From NCBI GenBank assembly GCA_013373325.1, contig JABXIA010000057.1:5896-69895 (forward strand): a stretch of 64,000 nt of DNA, given 5' to 3'. Below, one piece after another: positions 1 to 7,181 of the stretch. Positions within the stretch are counted from its first letter, which is position 1. Each line of letters begins with the position of its first letter. The translations under genes were made by a program, and so were the position numbers. Under the pieces are notes generated by a model that worked only from the letters and a program-made list of their open reading frames with translations, did not search any database and had not been told where the DNA came from. Source of the stretch: Paracoccaceae bacterium (lineage in GTDB: Bacteria > Pseudomonadota > Alphaproteobacteria > Rhodobacterales > Rhodobacteraceae).

Positions 1-198
1 GCCGCTGCCGCGGCCCGGCCGGCGGAACCGGCGCTGGCCTCCGAAGGCCAACCCCAGGCGGACAACCCGCAGGAGGTGCAGCCCGGCCGCGTCATGCCGC
101 GCCGGGTGCGTCCGCAAGGCGCCAAGCGTACCCCGCGCCCCGGCGCGCGCCGGGATGCGGATCTGGCAGCCCTGCGCAGGGAATTGCTGGAGAGCTGA
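1..198 (+). CDS. 3' end of an unidentified ORF entering from the left edge (Ala/Pro/Arg-rich tail)
   Basis: Frame 1 is open from base 1 to TGA at 196-198, with G/C-dominated third positions. The tail reads ...RDADLAALRRELLES. No family is recognisable. Confidence 0.3.
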   Translation, partial: AAAAARPAEPALASEGQPQADNPQEVQPGRVMPRRVRPQGAKRTPRPGARRDADLAALRRELLES

Positions 199-285
199 AA
201 AAAGAGGCTTGTAATCCCGGGCCCGTTACGGTTGTGAATTGACCTGCGGGCCGGGCGGAACCGGCCCATCAGGCAAGGGCGCATT

Positions 286-651
286 ATGACGGTATCGGAA
301 GAACTGGACAGTCTGCACGCTCAGTTTCCCGCCTGCGGGACGGTGGCCTATGCGGATCTGGCCGCGGGCATGGTGCTGGTGGCCAACAGCCAGTCGCCGC
401 TGGACCGCCATGCGCTGGATGCGCTCTGTGCCCAGGCCGGCTGCCTACTGGGTGAAAACAGCGCGCCGCCCCTCGGGTCCGGCGCGCCTGCCTTTGCGCT
501 GGCGCGGGAGCCGGGCAGGCTGATGCTGGCCTTCAAGTCGCCGCGGCAGCCGACCGATGCGCTTTTGTGCCTTGCGGCGCCGGATCTGGATCTGGGCGCG
601 TTTCAGGCCGCCGCCCGCGACTGCCTGGACCGGATCACCGCAGATGGCTGA
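286..651 (+). CDS. small cytoplasmic protein, Roadblock/LC7 (MglB)-like by sequence pattern
   Basis: 121-aa ORF with no signal peptide. The pattern GTVAYADLAAGMVLVANSQ - helix (HALDALCAQAGCLL) - GRLMLAFKS..DALLCLAAPDLDLGAFQAAARD matches the strand-strand-helix-strand-strand-helix layout of Roadblock domains. The fold assignment is inference. Confidence 0.55.
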   Translation: MTVSEELDSLHAQFPACGTVAYADLAAGMVLVANSQSPLDRHALDALCAQAGCLLGENSAPPLGSGAPAFALAREPGRLMLAFKSPRQPTDALLCLAAPDLDLGAFQAAARDCLDRITADG

Positions 652-690
652 CGGACCGGCGCACCACGACCTTCGAACGGGAATTTCAGA

Positions 691-1479
691 GTGACTCACG
701 ACGACGCAATTGCCGGCAACCTGGCGGCCCTCGGCGCCCGGCAGACCGTGTTCCGGGATGGCAGACGGGTTCTGTCCAACGGGCTGTTCCCGCCGCCGCT
801 GCCCGCCCTGCTGCAGGAAATCGGCACCACGGTGCTGCAGCGGCAGCTGACCTTCCAGGCCGGCGCCAGCGCGCTGTCCTTTGTGGTGTCCGAACGGCGG
901 CTGATGGCGCTGGTCTCTGCCAGCAGCGATCTGGAAGAGGTGCAGCATCTGGCCGGCCAGGGCCTGTCCCATGACCAGCCGGAGGTGCTGGAAGCCGTTG
1001 CCGCGGCCATGGTGCGGCTGGCGCAGGCCGAGGAACCGCTGACGGTTGAGACCGCCTTTGCCGCGCCCGGCGGCAGCCCGGCCGGGCTGGGACTGCCGGC
1101 GGCGATGCTGGAAGAGGTGATGGAGCTGGACCCGGGCGAGCAGGAACGGCCGATGGAATTTTTCATCGAGGCCGCCGCCGGTATGTATTCGGCCTGCCTG
1201 CTGCACGCGGGCGGCGCCTGGCTGGGCGGCGGCGAGGATGCAGCTGTGCTGACTGCGCTGCAGAAGATTGCCGATGCGCAGTGGGACCGGTTCCAAGCAT
1301 CTTATGCCAAACATGCGGCGCTGACAGAAACGCCGCGGCTGATTTCGCTGGGTCCGGTTCTGGACGGCGGCAGCTGTGTGTCGGTTGTCTGGGCGGATGG
1401 CGAATGCGCCCTGTTCGCCCATGGCGAGGCGGATCTGGCCGGACTGCACGGCATCTGGCAGCGGGTTTTCACCCTGTAA
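691..1479 (+). CDS. hypothetical protein; C-terminal half also Roadblock-like
   Basis: 262-aa ORF with a GTG start 40 nt after the previous stop and G/C-rich third positions. The C-terminal segment FFIEAAAGMYSACLLHAGGAWLGGGED...RLISLGPVLDGGSCVSVVWADGECALFAHGEADLAGLHGIWQRV repeats the pattern of the 121-aa protein. The antisense ORF 445-1449 has Arg/Gly/Gln-rich junk composition. Confidence 0.55.
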   Translation: MTHDDAIAGNLAALGARQTVFRDGRRVLSNGLFPPPLPALLQEIGTTVLQRQLTFQAGASALSFVVSERRLMALVSASSDLEEVQHLAGQGLSHDQPEVLEAVAAAMVRLAQAEEPLTVETAFAAPGGSPAGLGLPAAMLEEVMELDPGEQERPMEFFIEAAAGMYSACLLHAGGAWLGGGEDAAVLTALQKIADAQWDRFQASYAKHAALTETPRLISLGPVLDGGSCVSVVWADGECALFAHGEADLAGLHGIWQRVFTL

Positions 1480-1488
1480 GGTGAAAAC
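1465..1488. terminator. 9-bp perfect hairpin between convergent genes (spans the TAA of the 262-aa ORF)
   Basis: GTTTTCACC-ctgtaa-GGTGAAAAC sits in the 39-nt gap between the convergent stops at 1479 and 1519. The U-tract is weak. Confidence 0.35.
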
Positions 1489-1518
1489 CCTTGCTGTTCT
1501 TCCGCAGCTTGGCCGCCT

Positions 1519-2838
1519 TCAGGCGGCGAGCTGCGCCTGCATGTCCCGTTTCAGCTGAAGCAGAATGCTGGTGGCATCAAACAGCGACGTGCCGTCCTGT
1601 TCCACCTGGATCAGCTGAATGAGGTCTTCCGCTTCCGACACCGCGCCGCGGATCTCTGCCAGCGCGTTGCCGCCGTTGCCGCCATACTCCTCGAAATGGC
1701 TGTCCAGCCACTGCACCGACTTCAGGGCAGTACGGATCAGCTGGCTGCTGCTGCCGGTGCCGGTGCTGTCCTGCAGCGCCTGGCCCATGCTGCGCCCCTG
1801 CGCGGACAGGTAGTCCAGCGCCTGATCATAGGCCAGCCGGGCCTCCGGGCTGAGCGCCGCGTCCTGCGGTGCTGCGGAGGCTGCGGCCGCAACAGGCGCC
1901 TGTGCCACGGGGGCAGGGCGGTCCGGTGCAGGTGTTTCCGGCGCAAGCGGAGCGTCCGGCTCTGCCAGGGGGGCCACAGGAGGGGGCGGTGCCGCGGTTT
2001 CCGCAGCAGGGACCGGAGCGGGCGCAGGCGCGTATTTCGCCAGCAGCACACCAGCCTGATCCAGCGCTGCCTGACGCCGCAGCTTCACCTCATGCATGAT
2101 GGCCGAGATCAGCGCCTGCCCGCCGGAACGGCGCAGCCGGTCGCGGTCCACCGTGCCATCAGGCGCCCTTGCGGCCTGTGCCTCCAGCGCGGCCAGCGGC
2201 AGGATGCCGTTGAACTGTTCGGAGGCCGCGTCCTGAATACCGGCCAGCGCGGGGGCAAGCCGGTCCTGGGCCGCCAGCTCATCCGCCTTGGTCACCAGAA
2301 GGAAAGCGCCGTCCTTCATCTGCTCCGGCGCGCGCGCCCAGGCGGCCTGTTCAGCCGGGGTGAAGTCCTGGGTGCACCACAGGGCAATGCCGGTCCGCTG
2401 GGCAGCCCAGGGCACCGCGCGTTCCAGCGCAGAGGCATCCGGCGCAGAAATCTCCAGGAGGCTGATCTGGTTCAGGGCGGGCAGGGGCAGCTGCGCCTCG
2501 GCAAAGACCGCACCCCGGGCCGCCAGCGCGCCGGTGTCGAAACCGGGGAGGCTGAAGCCGCTGCCATCCGCCAGCACGCCGCTGCAGGCCGCGGTTCCGC
2601 CGCCGCTGATCTGCAGGGTGGGCAGCGAGACGCCCGCCGGGATCACCTGGCTGCCCAGCAGCAGGTTGGCGACGCTGGACTTTCCCGACCCGGCCAGGCC
2701 GAACAGGGTGACGGCCACCGGTTTTTCCAGCTGCTCCAGCAGCGTCCCGGTGCCGGACTGCAGGCGGGCAGGGATCCGGCCCTCTGCCAATGCTTGCCGC
2801 AGAGATGCGGCAGCGGCGGCGGTTTCCGCTTGAGTCAT
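1519..2838 (-). CDS. P-loop GTPase with Pro/Ala-rich linker and C-terminal helical domain
   Basis: Walker A/G1 is GLAGSGKS and G4 is LVTKADE ([NT]KxD). The expected G3 region reads LLEISAPD, so there is no clean DxxG. A roughly 60-aa PA-rich linker separates the GTPase domain from the C-terminal domain. The start lies 2 nt after the PP2C stop. Confidence 0.75.
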   Translation of the reverse strand: MTQAETAAAAASLRQALAEGRIPARLQSGTGTLLEQLEKPVAVTLFGLAGSGKSSVANLLLGSQVIPAGVSLPTLQISGGGTAACSGVLADGSGFSLPGFDTGALAARGAVFAEAQLPLPALNQISLLEISAPDASALERAVPWAAQRTGIALWCTQDFTPAEQAAWARAPEQMKDGAFLLVTKADELAAQDRLAPALAGIQDAASEQFNGILPLAALEAQAARAPDGTVDRDRLRRSGGQALISAIMHEVKLRRQAALDQAGVLLAKYAPAPAPVPAAETAAPPPPVAPLAEPDAPLAPETPAPDRPAPVAQAPVAAAASAAPQDAALSPEARLAYDQALDYLSAQGRSMGQALQDSTGTGSSSQLIRTALKSVQWLDSHFEEYGGNGGNALAEIRGAVSEAEDLIQLIQVEQDGTSLFDATSILLQLKRDMQAQLAA

Positions 2839-2840
2839 TC

Positions 2841-3791
2841 CTAACGCCCTTTCCCGGCCAGCCGGACCACCTTGGCATCCTGCTCCGGCAGGGACGGCCC
2901 GTCATAGGAGTTGCTGTTCATGGCCACCACGCGGGTTGCGCTGGCCGATTGGTCGCCCACCAGGTCAACCGGCTTGCGGCGCATCTTGCGGGTCACCGGC
3001 TTGTTGTGGTTGAGCTTGATCACCGCAAAGGAAATGTTGTCCTGATCCGGGTCCGCCAGATCATCCAGCGCCGCCAGCAGCCGTTCGACGATTTCCGCGC
3101 TCTTGCGGCGGCGGTACTTGTGCAGGATCTTCTCGATCCGTGCGTCCTCGAGGAACTGCAGACCGTCGCTGGAGACAACCACCAGGTCGCCGACCTCCAG
3201 CCGGAACGGGGCCTTGGGGCAGTCGGTGCGGGTCACCCTGTCGCCCAGGATGACCGAGGTCAGGCAGTTGCGGTCGGGATGGTCGCGGCCGGCTTCGGCG
3301 TCCAGCAGGCCCGCCTTGACCATCATGTCGATCTGCGGTGCCATCGAGTGGTCCTCGTTCAGCTGCTGCAGCTTGCCGCCGCGCATCAGGTAGAGCGGCG
3401 AGTCGCCGATCGACAGCCAGTACAGGCGGTCCTCGATCATCACCACCGACACCAGGGTCGCGCCCATGCCGCGGACGCTGGGATTGTCCTGGACATATTC
3501 CTGCACGCAGGTGTTGGCCTCTGCCGCGGCGTGGGTCAGGTGATAGGGGATCTGTTTTTCGTACTCGGCGAAGTTGACGCTTTCGAACTTCAGCTTGCTG
3601 AAGGCCTCGGTCACCACCATCTTGGAGGCGACATCGCCGGCCGCGTGGCCGCCCATGCCATCCGCCAGGATGGCCATGCCGATGTCGGTGCCGGCCGGGA
3701 AGTCGGTGATGATGGCGTCTTCCTGGTAGTCGCGCGCGCCCTGGCAGATGGCGGCGGCAACGTCAAAGCGCGGTTCAGGCGATTTCCACAT
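2841..3791 (-). CDS. PP2C-family Ser/Thr protein phosphatase
   Basis: Motifs RDYQEDA, ILADGMGGHAAGDVAS, SIGDSPLYL, VVVSSDGL and DNISFAVIKL are present. The start overlaps the FHA gene stop by 17 nt. Confidence 0.9.
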   Translation of the reverse strand: MWKSPEPRFDVAAAICQGARDYQEDAIITDFPAGTDIGMAILADGMGGHAAGDVASKMVVTEAFSKLKFESVNFAEYEKQIPYHLTHAAAEANTCVQEYVQDNPSVRGMGATLVSVVMIEDRLYWLSIGDSPLYLMRGGKLQQLNEDHSMAPQIDMMVKAGLLDAEAGRDHPDRNCLTSVILGDRVTRTDCPKAPFRLEVGDLVVVSSDGLQFLEDARIEKILHKYRRRKSAEIVERLLAALDDLADPDQDNISFAVIKLNHNKPVTRKMRRKPVDLVGDQSASATRVVAMNSNSYDGPSLPEQDAKVVRLAGKGR

Positions 3792-4593
3792 GTTCCGCCT
3801 CCTGCCCGCCAGCGCTGGTCCAGTTGAAGTCTTTGCCGCAGAGCGCCATGAAACGCAGGGTGGTTTCGCCCAGGCGGATCAGGTCGCCGCTGTTCAGCAC
3901 CTCGTTGCTGATCACCGGCTGGCCGTTCAGGCGCACGATGTTGCTCTTGCCGCCGTGGCCCAGATAGAATTGCGAGCTTTCGGGATCAAAGACGATGGCA
4001 GCATGGTTGCTGCGGGAGATCGCGGTGTCGCCGAAATCCAGCGCAACCGCCTGATCCTCGCCGCGGCCGATGGCCGACATGCCGGCCTTGAGCGTGAAGC
4101 TCTCGCCATAGCCCGGGCCGTCGGCGACCACGATCCAGCCCACCGGGAACTTGGTGTCGCGGGCCGGGGCGGCGGCGCCGGTGCTGTCGAACAGGTTGAC
4201 GACATCGCCGTCGGAGGTGTCAAAGCCGAGGAGGCGGGTCTTGGCGCGGCGCTTGCGGGCCGGGGCGGCGCTGACATGCGCGGTCAGGTCCGGCAGGTCG
4301 CCGCCGGGCTGGGGCATCTGCGCCGCGCCAGCGGGCGGGGCAGCCGGGGCGGCAGGGTCCAGATCCCAGATGCCGGCTGCCGGACTCGCGGCGGGCATGG
4401 CGGCGGTTTCCGGCTGGCTGTCTGCAGCCTGGTCCGCCTGCGGGTCCAGATCCAGTTCCACGGAGCGGGTGTGCTGGGCGACGGCCTTTAGCACTTCCTG
4501 CTGCATCGTCTCGTCTGCGACCTGCAGCCTCTCCATCGGGGCGGGCTCAGAAAGCGGGTCCTGCCGTCCGATAAGTTTTCCGAAAAATCCCAT
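3775..4593 (-). CDS. FHA-domain protein (disordered N-terminus, C-terminal FHA)
   Basis: C-terminal SAIGRGEDQAVALDFGDTAISRSNHAAIVFDPESSQFYLGHGGKSNIVRLNGQPV...GDLIRLGETTLRF shows the G-R...S-x-x-H...N-G spacing of FHA domains. Confidence 0.85.
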   Translation of the reverse strand: MGFFGKLIGRQDPLSEPAPMERLQVADETMQQEVLKAVAQHTRSVELDLDPQADQAADSQPETAAMPAASPAAGIWDLDPAAPAAPPAGAAQMPQPGGDLPDLTAHVSAAPARKRRAKTRLLGFDTSDGDVVNLFDSTGAAAPARDTKFPVGWIVVADGPGYGESFTLKAGMSAIGRGEDQAVALDFGDTAISRSNHAAIVFDPESSQFYLGHGGKSNIVRLNGQPVISNEVLNSGDLIRLGETTLRFMALCGKDFNWTSAGGQEAEHVEIA

Positions 4594-4696
4594 GTCGTCT
4601 GCCTTTTTTTGGTTGTTACAGGCGTCCGTGCAGTCACGGCAGGCGCCCGGTTTTCCCTATCTGCGGAGAGCCGCCCGTCCGCGGCCCCTGCGGCCT

Positions 4697-4724
4697 GCCA
4701 TGCCCCCGCTGCCGGGGGCATGGC
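4697..4724 (-). terminator. 12-bp perfect GC-rich hairpin between the LysM-SBP genes and the FHA gene
   Basis: GCCATGCCCCCG-ctgc-CGGGGGCATGGC lies in the 142-nt gap. No U-tract follows on either strand, so its role as terminator, attenuator or processing site is open. Confidence 0.4.
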
Positions 4725-4735
4725 GGTTGACCGGA

Positions 4736-5833
4736 TCAGCTGCCGATCTTGTTGAACTCGGCCAGGCTGTCGGCGATGATCGCGTACCATTCGCCGCTTT
4801 CGCGCATCTCGTTCAGGCCCTTGTTCAGAAGGGTCAGATAGACGCGGCCGCGCGGGTTGGTCTTATGCGTCACGAAGTGGATCGCCTGCAGCTGCGACAG
4901 GTTGGAGTTCAGCTGCACCTTGCCTTCGGCTTCCGCCACTTCGCGGACTGCGGCATCGCCTGCTTCGAGGTCCAGCAGCGCCATGTCGGCCTCGCCGGTC
5001 ACCAGCTTGCGGATGCATTCAACCGCAGAGGTCGGATGCACAAGGGAGATCACCGGCTCCACCAGGCCTTCGCCGGACAGCTCAGCCAGGGACCAGCCTT
5101 CGGGGCGGCAGATCTTGGCGCCGGCGTAATCCGCATAGTCCTTGACGTTGGCATAGGGGTTGTCGGCCATGGTCCAGTGGGCGGACACCGATTCATAGAT
5201 CGGCAGCGAGAAGTTCAGCTGCGTGCAGCGGTACTTGGTGTCGGCGTCGGTGTTTTCGAGGTTGGAGCAATCCGCCGGCTTGTACCAGGCGATCGACACG
5301 TCGAAGGCGCCCAGCGGCAGCAGGGTGTCGAAGTGGGCCTTCCAGTCGTCCACGAAGCTGAGGTTGTATTCACGGTCGTTGCCGCCGCGGTTCAGTGCGG
5401 TGGTAGCCAGGCGCACCAGCATGCCGCCGCCCTTGAGGCTTTCGCCGGTGAAGGGTTCCCAGCCGTTGCCGGACACCATCTTGATCGGCGGCTCATAGAT
5501 GCTGGACTTGGCCCGCTTGGCCTGTTTTTCCTCTTCCTGTGCGATGATGTCGGTGACATCGCTGTCGGCGGTCAGGCGGCCGTCTTCACAGGGGATCTGC
5601 AGAACGGTGCCGGCCTCCAGGCTGTTGGGGTTGGCAATCGCGTTGCGGTTGGCGTTGAAGATCATCTGATAGTCAAAGGAGCCATAGGCGGCCTGGGCGA
5701 TGGAGCCGAGGCTGTCGCCGTCCTGAACGGTATAGGGGGCACAGGCCTCCTGCGCGGCTGCCGAAGTGGAGATGAACAGGGCGGCGGAAACGGTGGTTGC
5801 GCTGTATTGAACCAGGGATTTGATCATCGACAT
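4736..5833 (-). CDS. secreted LysM domain fused to a family-3-like periplasmic solute-binding domain (paralogue 1)
   Basis: The signal peptide is MSMIKSLVQYSATTVSAALFISTSAAAQ. The LysM segment is YTVQDGDSLGSIAQAAYG...NPNSLEAGTVLQIP. The SBP-like body contains GWEPFTGE...FVDDW...LLPLGAFDVSIAW...FSLPIY...GEWYAII. The start was trimmed to the ATG at 5833, which has an AAGGAA RBS. Confidence 0.8.
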   Translation of the reverse strand: MSMIKSLVQYSATTVSAALFISTSAAAQEACAPYTVQDGDSLGSIAQAAYGSFDYQMIFNANRNAIANPNSLEAGTVLQIPCEDGRLTADSDVTDIIAQEEEKQAKRAKSSIYEPPIKMVSGNGWEPFTGESLKGGGMLVRLATTALNRGGNDREYNLSFVDDWKAHFDTLLPLGAFDVSIAWYKPADCSNLENTDADTKYRCTQLNFSLPIYESVSAHWTMADNPYANVKDYADYAGAKICRPEGWSLAELSGEGLVEPVISLVHPTSAVECIRKLVTGEADMALLDLEAGDAAVREVAEAEGKVQLNSNLSQLQAIHFVTHKTNPRGRVYLTLLNKGLNEMRESGEWYAIIADSLAEFNKIGS

Positions 5834-5915
5834 GAGAGTTAGTTCCTTTTCAATGGGGCACCGCCGTTGCGCAGGGGGCTGCTGGCAGTGGGTCATGGTT
5901 TGTGTTGGGGGGAGG

Positions 5916-7079
5916 TCAGTTGGTGAGGGTTCTGATTTCGCGTTGCAGGGCCTTGGAGACGATGGCGTACCACTCGCCGGAGACGGACATGTCCTTCAGC
6001 CCGCTGTTGAGCAGATCCAGGGTCTCCTGAGCCCGGGGGTGATCCTTGTGAACGATGGCGTGCAGGGACTTCACCTCGCCGAGGTTCGGGTTTTCCTTGA
6101 TCTGGCCGGCCAGGCCCATGGTGGCGAGCGTGTCGCTGGCAACCAGGGTATCAAGGGCGACCACATCCACGGCGCCGGCGGTCAGCGCGGTAAAGCATTC
6201 CGCGATCTGGACCGGGCGGTAGAATTTCACGGTTTGCTCCGTCAGGCCCGCGGTATCCAGATGGGCCATGGAATAGCCCTCGGGGCGGCAGATCCGGGTG
6301 CCCATCAGCGCGTCATAATCAAAGGCGGCGGCATAGGGGCTGCCAGTGGCGGCAAAGAAGCCGTCGACCACTTCATAGAAGGGATCGGAGAAGCGGTAGT
6401 TGTCGCAGCGGAACTTGTCGCCGGCGGACAGCAGGCCGTAGTCGCCGCAGTTGGGCTTCAGCCAGGGGAAGGAGCCTTCGAACGCCATTGCAGGCAGCAG
6501 GGTTTCCAGATGCGATTCCCAGTCGTTGACAAAGGTCACTGAGACCTCGGTCTGCGGCGCGGCGCGCAGGGCGGCGGTTTCGATCAGCTGGGTGAACATG
6601 CCGCGGCCGGGCAGGTCCTCGCCGGTGAAGGGCGGGAAATCATTGCCGGTGATCAGAACCATCGGTTCCGGCGCAGCTGTGGCTGCCGGCGCCTCTGCGG
6701 GCACGGCGTCTGCCGCTGCGGTTTCAGTTGCCGGCGCCTCTGCGGCAGCGGTTTCTGCGGCGGATGCCTCCTGAACCTCCGCTGCCGGGGCTTTGGCTTC
6801 CTGAGCTGCGGGTGCCTCAGCCGGCAGGCTGCCGTCAGCGCAGGGCAGGACCAGCTGCATGCCGATTTCAATGATGTTCGGGTTGCGGCCGATGACAGCG
6901 CTATTGGCGTCGTAGACAACCCGGAACCTGGAATGCCCATAGGCTTTCTCGGTGATTTCCCGCAGGTTGTCGCCGGACTGGACCTCGTACACTTGGCAGG
7001 CTTCCTGAGCCTGGGCAGACTGTCCGGCTGCCGCGATGGCGATCAGGGAAGCCCCCATATATTTAGCAGTATTGCGCAT
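5916..7079 (-). CDS. secreted LysM domain fused to a family-3-like periplasmic solute-binding domain (paralogue 2)
   Basis: The signal peptide ends in AGQSAQAQ. The LysM segment is YEVQSGDNLREITEKAYG...IIEIGMQLVLP. A long A/E/P-rich linker follows, then an SBP-like body (DFPPFTGE...FVNDW...LLPAMAFEGSFPW...FSDPFY...GEWYAIV). Confidence 0.8.
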   Translation of the reverse strand: MRNTAKYMGASLIAIAAAGQSAQAQEACQVYEVQSGDNLREITEKAYGHSRFRVVYDANSAVIGRNPNIIEIGMQLVLPCADGSLPAEAPAAQEAKAPAAEVQEASAAETAAAEAPATETAAADAVPAEAPAATAAPEPMVLITGNDFPPFTGEDLPGRGMFTQLIETAALRAAPQTEVSVTFVNDWESHLETLLPAMAFEGSFPWLKPNCGDYGLLSAGDKFRCDNYRFSDPFYEVVDGFFAATGSPYAAAFDYDALMGTRICRPEGYSMAHLDTAGLTEQTVKFYRPVQIAECFTALTAGAVDVVALDTLVASDTLATMGLAGQIKENPNLGEVKSLHAIVHKDHPRAQETLDLLNSGLKDMSVSGEWYAIVSKALQREIRTLTN

Positions 7080-7181
7080 TAAATCTGTCCTTCGTGGGTC
7101 AGAGAGGCAGAGCTCTCCCGGGGACGGCCGCTGGTGGGGCTGACCGCCTGATGCTTGTGATTGTGGGAATGGCTGGCGGGG

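Noticed and set aside
445-1449. 334-aa minus-strand ORF overlapping the two small plus-strand genes
   Set aside because: The sequence is Arg/Gln/Gly/His-rich with no motif. The plus-strand ORFs have balanced composition and a repeated Roadblock-like pattern. The choice of strand still carries some uncertainty, which is reflected in the 0.55 confidences.
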